Positions 1-12,050 of a DNA stretch of 64,000 nt are shown piece after piece. The notes beneath the pieces are model-generated. The model was not told the DNA's origin. It ran no database searches and worked only from the letters and a program-made list of their open reading frames with translations. Made by a program: the position numbers and the translations under genes. Every line of letters starts with the position of its first letter. Within the stretch, counting starts at the first letter, position 1. Source of the DNA: Microthyrium microscopicum (Eukaryota); assembly GCA_010405405.1 (NCBI GenBank), contig MU004232.1:2549038-2613037 (forward strand). The letters run 5' to 3'.

Positions 1-30
1 TAGAAAGTCTATTAGGTTTAATTCTTAATA
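1..30. repeat. End of an LTR of the same family as 1671-2031 and 10048-10408 (element continues upstream of the window)
   Basis: tagaaagtctattaggtttaattcttaata matches the last 30 nt of both LTRs and is followed by the same ttattactctattaattaatt flank as at 10409. Confidence 0.85.
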
Positions 31-1670
31 TTATTACTCTATTAATTAATTATAAATTATATTTATTATAAATTATATCTATTATATATTTAGTTATATT
101 ATACTTATAATTTATATCTTAGTTATTCTACTATTAGTCTTATTTTAATTATCTATATTTAGTTCTTAATATTACTTTATTATTATATTAAGATTTATCT
201 ATTTTAATTATATATTATTATATTATTATTATACTAAGATTATTTTAGCTTATTACTTATTATTATATTCTTTATATTACTTATTCTACCTATATTAATT
301 TTACTTATATATATTTTAGATTTATAAACTATAAGCTAACTATATAAGGAATTTATAAAAGTCTACTTAGAGTAAAATCTTAGTCTCTTAATAAGCTTTT
401 TAGAGTTTTATAAAGACTTAATAGCCTAATTATAAAAGAATTATACTCTTATAAATTTTTTAAAAATTTAGTATTTTATAAATAAGTATCTTAATATTAA
501 GAAGTTATAACTACTAGCTTAAAGCTTCTTTAAAAGTAAATATACTTATACTAATTATTATAATTATAAGCTTATAAATATTATAGTAATATTTATTAAT
601 ATAGTACTAAAAGCTACTATATATATTAAGGCTACTAGAAATAAAGGCGCTAAATATTTAGTAAATAAAGCTATAATTAATTATTAGTATATTAAGCTAA
701 CTTATTTTATAAGTTTATATATATATTATATTTTTACTCTATATAATTATTTTAATTATTATTACTTTTATAATAATAGTATAATTAAAGTAACTCTATA
801 TATTTATAATATTTATTTATATATTATTTAGATTATAACTAATATATATATATAAATGTTTAATAATTTAGTAATAAATAACTTATAGTAGTTTATATCT
901 ATAAGTAAAGGCTAGAAAAAGTCTAATAAAAAACTAAATCTTTAGTTTATTAATAATAAAATAGAGATATCTCTTAATAGTTAGTTTCTATATTTTTATC
1001 TTTATTAATTCTACTTATCTTTATTTATATATCTTTTTTCTTTACTATATACTTTATTTATTTACTTCTTCTTTTTTTTTTAATTTTATAAACCTTTTTT
1101 TATATATCTTTTTTTTAACTATATACTTTATTTTACTTTATTACTATAGCTAATATAACTATATAATAATTATTACTATTAACTTTACTTCTTTCTTTTA
1201 TACTTCTTTTTATAAAGCTAATACTCTATTTACTATAAGAGAGTATATATTATAAAAGGATTCTATAAATAATTATATATAAAAGACTCTTCTTTCTTTA
1301 TATATAATACGCTTTTATATATTACTATATACTAGTTACTAATTCTATAATAAGGTATTTAAAAAGCTTTAGCTAGCTTAAGAATATAGCCTAGAAAATT
1401 TTAATAAAAATAGAAAAAGTTATTTCTAGTTAACTAATATCTATATATTTAGTAATAAAACTTATAAAAATATATAAGTAAGTTATAGTATTATTTTATT
1501 TATTTATTATCTTATTTATTTATTATTCTATTTATTTATTTATTTCTCTATTTATTTATTTATTTATTTATTTATTTATTATTTTATTATTTATTACTTT
1601 ATTATTTATTACTCTATTATTTATTACTCTATTATTTATTACTCTATTATTTATTACTTTATTATTTATT
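31..1670. repeat. ~1.6 kb tandem unit A, copy 1
   Basis: Colinear with 10409-12050 and with 14019-15204, differing almost only by transitions. T-rich segment followed by a minisatellite tail. Confidence 0.9.
1490..1670. repeat. (TATT)n / 15-bp TTACYCTATTATTTA minisatellite tail of unit A
   Basis: Repeated ttactctattattta units and tatt runs are directly visible. Confidence 0.85.
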
Positions 1671-4600
1671 TATTAAAGATTAAAGTTATAAAGTAGATAA
1701 GAAAGTTATAAAATACTTAAATAGATTAGGTATATAGAAATAGAGATAAAAGTAATTACTAAAAAACTATAAGAAAATTCCTTAGCCTTTATCTTATTAC
1801 TTAGAAACCTCTAAAGTTTTTCTTTAAGCTAGAGTAGTCTATCTATAAGCTAAAGTACTTTAAAAGTATACTTAGCTACTAATTATAATAGTTAGAAACC
1901 TATTAATTCTCTTAACTATAAAATATACTAAAGCTAAAGAAGTAGCTTTACTAGCTTCTAATAGCTATTAAGCTAAGGTACTTAAACTATAATACCTATT
2001 TTAGAGAGTCTATTAAGTTTAATTCCTAATATTATTTCTCTAATAAGGACTTAAACGTCCTTATAGGTCTTTAAAGAATTAACTATATTCTAATAGTATT
2101 AATATACTTTAAAGTATATTATATTATAATAGTATAAATTACTTAGCTACTATTTAGCTAGCTAGATAATAATCTTAGTAAATTTTAATAAACTTATTAT
2201 TAGTTTTAAACGTTACTTAAAGAGGTACTTCTTAAATAATAATTTATAAAGCTAAACGTTACTATTAAGTACCTATTTAGATTTATTTAGATTTATTAGA
2301 GACTTAAGCGTTTTTAAGTTTCCTTAGGCTATTACCTTAAGCTTATTTAATTTATAAGTTATTACTTCTTAAGAGTAACTTCTTTCTTTAGAATCTTTAC
2401 TTATAGTAAGAATTAATATTAAAACTTTTCTTAATAGAAAGTACTTAATAAAGTAAGTATTTACTCTTTACTAACTTAATTAGGTAGAAGAGTATTAAAT
2501 AAAGTATATTTAATCTTATAATTATATACTTTTTCTAATTTTTTTTTATTCTACTTTTATAGAATTAAGGTATATACTTAAGTAAACTTTAGCTAACTAA
2601 GTAAAGTTAACCTTTATAAATAGAGCTATAGTATAAGAATAAGTCTTAGCTAATAATTCTAATATTTTACTAATAGCTTTCTTATAAATCTACTTAGTAT
2701 ACTTTATATTCTTTTATACTTATTTTCTTTAATAGCTACTATAAAAGATAAAGTAAGAGTTAATAAAGCTTTAAATAAACTTAGTTTATCTTTATTTAAT
2801 ACCTTTAAAGTTTCTAAAAATACTTTTAAAGTTTCTAAAAATACTATTACTTTACTAAAAACTTTAATTACTAATATTATAAAACTAGCTAATTTTATTA
2901 ATACTAATACTATTAAAAAAGTAACTAATAAAGTTAAATTTATTAATAGTACCTAAATTAATACTAATAATAACTATATTAAATTATTAAGTTTTAGCTA
3001 CTTCTCTTTAGAACTTTCTAAATTTAAAAAAATTAAAAAGGATACTATTTAAGCTAAAAAGAAAAGAAAAGCTTCTAAGTATAATTATAATAGTAAATTT
3101 AAACCTTCTTAGCCTAATATAAAGTAAATATATAATAATAGTATTATATATACTAATAAGGCTTAAGCTTAGTTTAAATTATACTAGACCTTTCTTATTT
3201 ATAATATATTAATTAATTATAGTTAGTTAAATAGTAAATATCTTCTATATAACTCTAATAATAATAAAATAAAACTATTTAATATAGATAAGTCTATTCT
3301 ATATAAGAATAAGGCTAAGTTAATTATTAAATAGTTTCTTATACTTAATTTATATTAATAATATACTAAAGTATATACTAAGACCTTCTTATATACTAAT
3401 CTAAAGAATTAGTACTATATAGCTTCTAAGGACTATATATTAGCCTTTAAGATTTAAAATAGTTATTACTATATAACCTATAAGACTACTAAGTCTTATT
3501 AATAGTATCTTAAAGTAAGTTATTCTTAATTAATTTAGTTTAAATCTAATTATTACTAATTATTTCTTAGGTTATTTTTTATAAAAAGAATATTACTAAG
3601 AACCTTCTTTAAAAGCGTTATAATATAATAAAGATCTATATACTTTATTAGTAAACTTATAATAGTAATCTAAGTAAGTATAATATAAGTTAGCTCCTTT
3701 ATATTAAAAAGATAATTTATGTTACTAATAAGAATATTATAAAAGCTATCTAGATATAAGTAAACTCTTTTATTATACTTAGGTTTAAACTAATATAAAT
3801 AAGTATATTTATATTAATGCTATAAATAATACCTTTCTTTTATATTTTAGTATTATTAAAGGTAAATATAATAGTATCTATATAATACTAGTATATTATA
3901 AAAATAGTAAAAAGGTCCTTATAATTAAAAAAGCTACTTATTACTCTAAAGTAGCTTTACTTAGAGCTATTATTAATATTACTTATATTAAGTACTATAA
4001 TAACCTCTATACCTATTATTATAAATTTAAACTACTTATAAATAGTAGCTAAAAGAATATAAGTACTCTAATTATATTACTTAGATTCTAACTAACTCTA
4101 TTCTAGGTTATAAGTATTTTATTATATTAAATTAATAATCTTACTAATATTATAAAGATACTTACTTCTTAGTAGGCTAATAGCGTTAAAAAGAAAGAAA
4201 AAGCTTTTAATATAAGTTAATTTATAATCCTTTAGAGCTAGATTAATAAGTATAAGCTTAGAATAAATAAATAAGTAATTCTTTATTACTATTTAGTTAT
4301 AATAGATTAAATTAATTTTAAAAATAATAATTTAAAGTCTAAAGAGTCTAAAGAGTTTAAAGAATAGATATAGTATTTAGTAGATATATTTAATATTAGG
4401 TTAATATATTTAGTATTTAATAAGTAAAGTTAGTTATATTTTAGATTTATTATAAGCTATTTATTAGTACTTAGTAGCTATTAAGTTCTATTTAAACTAA
4501 TTTATATAAATAGTATAAGATAGTTTTTTTTAATAAAATACTTTCTTAAATTTCTAAGTTTTCTCTTATAAACCTAGATAATATCTAGAGATATATCTTT

Positions 4601-7600
4601 ATAAATCTAAAATTATTATTTTAAGATATTTAAAAAGTACTCCTTTAAGAGTTAATAAGTAAGGCTAAAGTAATACTAATAGTTTTAAGTTTAGATTTAA
4701 AATTAATTCTATATTTAGTTCTAAATTTTCTTTAAGTCTTTTTTATTTAGATTATATTTATATATATATTTATAGAAACCTATTCATTCTAAAGTATTAT
4801 AATAGTATTATCTAAATACTATTTAGTTTTATCTAAATAGGCTTATTTTAATTATAAGTAAAGTAAATTATTATTATATATTTATATATACTATAAAATA
4901 ATTATACTTTTATACTTATCTTTTTTATAAAAAGAGGCTTATTTTAAGTCTTATTATAATTATTTTAATCTACCTAGCTCTTTCTTAACTAGTATAGGTT
5001 TAGTAGACGCTAAAGACTTTTTTAAATATTCCTTTAGCTTCTTAGGCTCTAAATAAGGTTTATCTAAGTTAAGTTATTCTAAATTATATTTAGTTATTCC
5101 TATTAGAGCTAATTTAGCTAAGAAGATACCCTTTTTTTTTAATTTCTCTTAATAGCGCTTTAATATAACTAAAAAAAAGTTACTAGTAGGTTCTTAGCTT
5201 ACTTTAAACGTAGAGTAGTTCTTTTATTTTACTTTATAGTAATAGGTACTATTTTTATTAACTTTATATCTAATTACGCTTTTAACCTTATAGTAGTTAG
5301 TTTCTTTAAAGTCTAAAATTTCTTAAGATAAGACTATTTATTATAGAAAGTATATATTAAATATATATTATTATAATAAGAAGATATAAAAAACGTTATA
5401 AATTAGAGCGCTCTTAAGTAAATTAATATAGTACGTATTATAATTAATAATCTTTATTACTTTAAAGGAGCCTATATACTTAATATTTAGTTTCTTTTTA
5501 GACTTAGCTATTCTAATATTCTTTATATTAAGTAGAACTTAGTTATTTACCTTTAAGGTAACGTTTTTATAGCCTTTATTATAATATTTAGCTTATAGGG
5601 TTTAAACGTTTTCTAGATAGACTTAAAAAACTCTTTAAAAGGATAGAATATATTCTACTAGTTTCTTTACGTTAAAAGTAGTATCTATTAAGTATTCTTT
5701 AAGTACTTTTAATATATATAAGTATTTACTTATATATACTATAAATAAAGTAATACTAGTTAAGCTATATATATTATTATTATATATAAACTTAGTAGAA
5801 TTAAGCTTTTTAACTTAATTATCCTACTCCTAGCTATAATAGATATATAAATAGTACTTAATTTCTTAGTTTTAATACTTTATTTACTTATCTATCTAGA
5901 GTTAGAATATAATAAATAGCTTCTATTAGATTTTTAAGTAGTAGAGAAATATATTTTAAAACTTAAAAATAAATATAGAGCCTTTATTAGATATAATTAT
6001 ATTTAGTATATTATAAAGTTATACTACCTTATATAAAAAGAGCTTAGTAAGATTATTTATATTTATATTTTTATAATAGAATATATAATAAGCTATTTTA
6101 GTTAGTTTATAGATAACTATTATAATAGAGTTATATAGCTATTCTTAGAAGATGCTTAAAGGTAAGTTAGTAATAAAATTAACTATAATATCTTTCTAAA
6201 AAGCTATTAGTACTAGTAAGAGTAAAAGGAGCCTATTTTAGCCTTATTTAATAGATATATTTTATTTATACTCTAAATAAGCTATATAGTACTCTTAAAT
6301 ATCCTTATTAATATTATTCTAAATATAATAGCGTTAAATCTTTTCTAATATCTTATATTAGCTTTTATAGCTTTCTTTTAGAAGATTATTATAGAAATAT
6401 TAAAGAACTTAGACTTTACTATTCTTTATAGTAACCTCTATTTATAGATAGGTCTATTTATCTTTTATTAGCTTAGTAAAGAAGCTATTAGATATATCTA
6501 ATATAGTAATAATATTTACTTCTTAAGAATTATTTCTTAAGTACTATAATAAAGTACTAATAGATATAACTAAGATAGTAATAAACTTAGTTAGGTCTTT
6601 ATTAGGCTTAGAAGCCTTAGATAGTTATAGTTTATTTTAGATAAGATTTAATAAGATATTTATAGTTCTTTTTTATTCTATATTACTTAAGAAGATATAG
6701 TCTAATTTCTATAAGAGTTTATCTATAAAGTTTATCTTCCTTAGATAGTACTTAATATTAAACTTAAACTTAATAAAAAAATCTACCTATTTTATATATA
6801 TAGTAAAAATATTTTAAAATATATTAAATAAATAGAAGTTTATATAATTTATTAAGACTAAGAACTTTAGAATACTATATAGGTACTTATAAAAGACTCT
6901 TATAGAGTTAATAATAGCTAAGAACTCTTATTATAAAGTTTTATAGTAACTCTTAAGTCTTAATAGCTTCTTTAAGTAAAATACTATAAGTTATTATTAG
7001 CTCTCTTAGCCTAGCTTAGTTTATTTTTAACTTAAAATACTATAAATTACTTACTTAGAAGTATCTATTTCTAGATAAGTCTTTAATATAAAATTATAGT
7101 AAATAAAGATTAGTATATATATAAAAGTAGCCTTTAGATTATTAAAAAATTAAATAGCTTTAGAAAAGAAATTAATAAAAACTAATTCTTTATTATATAG
7201 CTATTAGCCTTTTAGAGCCTACTCTAAAAGCTTCTTAGTTAAAGAGTTTAATAAAGAAATAATATAAAAAAAATTAATAATAAAATATTAATAGTAGTTT
7301 ATAAAGCTAATAAACTCTTTTATTTAATATATATTATATAGTATTAGCTAATCTATAACTATTATAATTTATTCTAGTTCTACTATAATACTATTTAAAG
7401 TTATAATATACCTAAGATATTTAGTTTAGTTTATATAGAAGCTATACTTTAATAGCTTAGCATATAACTTAAACTTAATAAGTCTTTTAAGTACCTCTTT
7501 TATATATTTAATATAATCTTTTTTATTCTTAGAAAAGATAAGAATATTATTAAAGTAGATAATATAAGTTACGTTAATAAAGCTATATAAAGCTTAGTTA

Positions 7601-10408
7601 ATATATACTTAGAAAGTAGTAAAAGTATTAGTAAGCCTAAAGAATATTACTTAGTACTTAAAAAACTTATATTTAGTTTAAAATACTATCTTTTACTTAT
7701 TATTAGTATAAATATAAATATAATAGTATACTTTATAAAAGTCTAAACTTATAAAGAGCTTAGCTCTTAATAGTTAGTTTAATAACTCTTTAATTAGTAG
7801 TAAAGTATAGTAGTTCTTAACTATAATATTATTTAAGTCTTTATAGTCTATATATAAATATAAAGTACTATCCTTTTTTTTTATAAAGATAATTAGAGCT
7901 TTAGTAAGAGATTAAGATTTATAAATAAATTTTTTCTTAAAATCTCTCTTAAGATATTTATATAAAATAACTAGTTTTATTTCTAATAGGCTATAAATAA
8001 GCTAATAAGGTATAATTATACCTAGCTTAAAGTTAATAGCTAGGTTCTATAGACTATATTCTACTAAATCTTATACTTTATCTTTACTAAAAGCCTTTAT
8101 AAACTTCTTATAGTAATATAGTAAGTTTTATAAGCTAATATAGTTTAATAACTCTATTAAATACTTAAAGAGCTAAGTAGATTTATCTTAACCTAATTAG
8201 AGTAGTTCTTTTAGAAAAATAAAGCTAATTTTACTATAGTAGTTATTCTCTAAATAAATAAAGAATAAAGTCTTAGCCTTAAAGTCTAGTAAAAGATTCT
8301 AGTTCTTAAGCTAAAGTATTTCTATAATAATTATATAGTATAGTAAATTTATAATATAAAATAATATTTTATTAGTCTTTAGAATTCTATTAAAGTTAAC
8401 TATTATTACTTTAGTAGTTACTACTTTATAAATAGCTATAAATGTACTATTTAAGTATTTAGCTAACTTTTTTAAAAGATAATATATTTCTAATTAAAGC
8501 TTCTTAGCTAAGGTATAGTTTATAATATTAAAATAGGCTCTACTATTAATTATTATACTCTATAGTATATAATCTTAGCTTACTTAATTTTAAGTAGTTT
8601 TTTATAGAATAATTTAGTATAATTTCTTTAATTAATATACCTCTTTATCTAAAATTCTTTTATTCTTTACTACCTCTAAGACTTAAGTAATAATAACTTT
8701 ATAAAAGTTACTAAAAAGGTTAAGGACTAGATTATTTATAATAAAAGTTATAAAGTCTTAGTTAGCTACTTTATAGCTTAGTCTTTTTTCTTAATTCTCT
8801 TTAGCTTTAAGTTAGAGTAGTTATAAGCTATATAGCTTACTTTAGTATAGTTTTAGTACTTATCTTTATTAAAGTTACTAAGAAATAGCTATTTAACTTT
8901 AGATATTATATTACTCTTTAGTTTATCTAGCTTTAAAGCCTTATTAAAAGAGCTTAGTCTAAACTTCTTTAACTTATCCTTTTAAGAACCTTATTAAGTC
9001 TTATCTTCTAGATTTATAAATATTAAATACTATTTAGAAAATTTACTATTTCTAGTATCTTTCTTAGAAGTAGTTAGTATCTTCTAATTACTAATAGATC
9101 TTAAGTACTTTAAAATATATTAAGATAAGGCTTTTTTAGTTATCTTAACTATATAGTCTAAGTTAAAAATTATATTATTTCTAAAGTAAGTAAATAGTCT
9201 ATTACTAAAGAATAATAGGTAAATTAATATATTATTAATTTTATACTTATAAAAGAGAGGTATAAGCTTATTAAAGTATTCTTAAGAAGTCTTTTTTCTT
9301 ATTATAATAGTTAAGAGGCTCTAAAAGGCTTTATAACGCTTCTTAATAGGTAGACTAAAAAGTTTAAGAGCCTATTATTCTATAAGAGTTTATATAGGTT
9401 TATATTAGTTTAGTTTAGTTAGCTAAGTCTAAAAATTAATATAATTATTCTAGATTAGTTATATAACCTTCTTATTAAAGTAATTATAAGCTTAAAGAAC
9501 TACTAAGTATAGGTCCTCTTTATATTTCTTTATAATAAGTATATTAGTTATATTAAAGACTTAATTTTTATACTTTTATAAACTTTTAGCTTTATATATT
9601 TATAGTTTATTATTACTATAAGCTAATTTAGAGTTATTATATTTAATATAAGCTAAAATAGCTAGGCTAGTATTATATTAACCTTATTTATTAATCTATT
9701 TAACTAAGTAAAGTTCTTTATATTTATAAGCTACTTTTATTACTTTAAGTTATTTAATCTTAAGTATATTATATATTTACTATATTTTAGCTTATAACTA
9801 TTCTAATATCTTTTTTATATTTACTACTAATTCTAAATAAACTTATTCTATATTAGTAAAGTTATTTATAGGGTTACTTAGTTTTACTAAAGTTAATATA
9901 GCTATATTTAGTATAATTAGATTTAATTTAGCTAGTTTTACTCTAGAGGTCTTACTCTTAGGTTTTATTAGTTTATTATTTATAATTAATTATAATATTT
10001 TAAAAAAAAAGCTTTATAGATACTCTATTAGTAAAAAGTAATTATAATATTAGAAATTAGAGTTATAGAGTAGGTAAGAAGATTATAAAATACTTAAATA
10101 AATTAAGTATATAAAAATAGAGATAGAAGTAATTACTAAGGAACTATAAAGGAATTCCTTAACCTCTATCTTATTACTTAAGAACCTCTAAGGTTCTTCT
10201 TTAAGCTAGAGTAGTCTATTTATAAGCTAAGGTACCTTAAAGGTACGCTTAGCTATTAATTATAATAGTTAGAAACTTATTAGTTCTCTTAACTATAGAA
10301 TATACTAAAGCTAAAGAAGTAGCTCTATTAGCTTTTAATAGCTATTAAGCTAAGGTACTTAAGCTATAATACTTATCTTAAAGAGTCTATTAAGTTTAAT
10401 TCTTAATA
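1671..10408 (-). mobile_element. Ty3/Gypsy LTR retrotransposon, heavily RIP-mutated, 8.7 kb
   Basis: 361-bp LTRs at 1671-2031 and 10048-10408 (tattag...ctaata = tgttag...ctaaca after de-RIP). TSD ttatt at 1666-1670 and 10409-10413. Minus strand gives RT IYFNNILIFS (=VYLDDILIFS, ~7531-7560), integrase de-RIP STAFQPQTDGQT (~5881-5940) and TFNVKKLVEY (~5650-5690). Confidence 0.9.
2732..4500 (+). pseudogene. RIP-inactivated extra ORF antisense to gag-pol in the 3' region of the Gypsy element
   Basis: From ata-gct (ATG-GCT before RIP) at 2732 one frame is codon-like for >400 codons. Its stops are TAA/TAG, as expected from CAA/CAG/TGG. Contains a KKKRK cluster at ~3056-3070. End coordinate approximate. 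Confidence 0.5.
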
Positions 10409-12050
10409 TTATTACTCTATTAATTAATTATAAATTATATTTATTATAAATTATATCTATTATATATTTAGTTATATTATATTTATAATTTATATCTTAG
10501 TTATTCTACTATTAGTCTTACTTTAATTATTTATATTTAGTTCTTAATATTACCTTATTATTATATTAAGATTTATCTATTTTAATTATATATTATTATA
10601 TTATTATTATACTAAAATTATTTTAGCTTATTACTTATTATTATATTCTTTATATTACTTATTCTATCTACGTTAATTTTATTTATATATATTTTAGATT
10701 TATAAACTATAAGCTAACTATATAAAGAATTTATAAAAGTCTACTTAGAGTAAAATCCTAGTCTCTTAATAAACTTTTTAGAGTTTTATAAAAATTTAAT
10801 AGCCTAATTATAAAAGGATTATATTCTTATAAATTTTTTAAAAATTTAGTATTTTATAAATAAGTATCTTAATATTAAGAAGTTATAACTATTAGCTTAA
10901 AGCTTCTTTAAAAGTAAATATACTTATACTAATTATTATAACTATAAGCTTATAAATATTATAGTAATATTTACTAATATAGTACTAAAAGCTACTATAT
11001 ATATTAAAGCTATTAAAAATAAAGATACTAAATATTTAGTAAATAAAGCTATAATTAATTATTAATATATTAAGCTAACTTATTTTATAAGTTTATATAT
11101 ATATTATATTTTTACTCTATATAATTACTCTAATTATTATTACTTTTATAATAGTAGTATAATTAAAGTAACTCTATATATTTATAGTATTTATTTATAT
11201 ATTATTTAGATTATAACTAATATATATATATAAATATTTAATAATTTAGTAATAAGTAACTTATAGTAGTTTATATTTATAAGTAAAGGCTAGAAAAAGT
11301 TTAATAAAAAACTAAATCTTTAGTTTATTAATAATAAAATAGAGATATCTCTTAATAGTTAGTTTCTATATTTTTATCCTTATTAATTCTACTTATCTTT
11401 ATTTATATATCTTTTTTCTCTACTATATACTTTATTTATTTACTTTTTCTTTTTTTTTTAATCTTATAAACCTTTTTTTATATATCTTTTTTTTAACTAT
11501 ATACTTTATTTTACTTTATTACTATAGCTAATATAACTATATAATAATTATTACTATTAACTTTACTTTCTTTTTTTATACTTCTTTTTATAAAGCTAAT
11601 ACTCTATTTACTATAAGAGAATATATATTATAAAAGGATTTTATAAATAATTATATATAAAAGACTCTTCTTTCTTTATATATAATACGCTTTTATATAT
11701 TACTATATACTAGTTACTAATTCTATAATAAGGTATTTAAAAAGCTTTAGCTAGCTTAAGAATATAGCCTAGAAAATTCTAATAAAAATAGAAAAAGTTA
11801 TTTCTAGTTAACTAATATCTATATATTTAGTAATAAAACTTATAAAAATATATAAGTAAGTTATAGTATTATTTTATTTATTTATTATCCTATTTATTTA
11901 TTATCCTATTTATTTATTTATTACTCTATTTATTTATTTATTACTCTATTTATTTATTTATTACTTTATTATTTATTACTCTATTATTTATTACTTTATT
12001 ATTTATTACTTTATTATTTATTATTTTATTATTTATTACTCTATTATTTA
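10409..12050. repeat. ~1.6 kb tandem unit A, copy 2, with 15-bp repeat tail (~11868-12060)
   Basis: Colinear with 31-1670. The tail has about 8 consecutive ttacyctattattta units. Confidence 0.9.

Noticed and set aside
10030..10047. Self-priming PBS for the minus-strand Gypsy
   Set aside because: Only ~8 nt of AT-rich complementarity to the LTR, not distinguishable from chance after heavy RIP.
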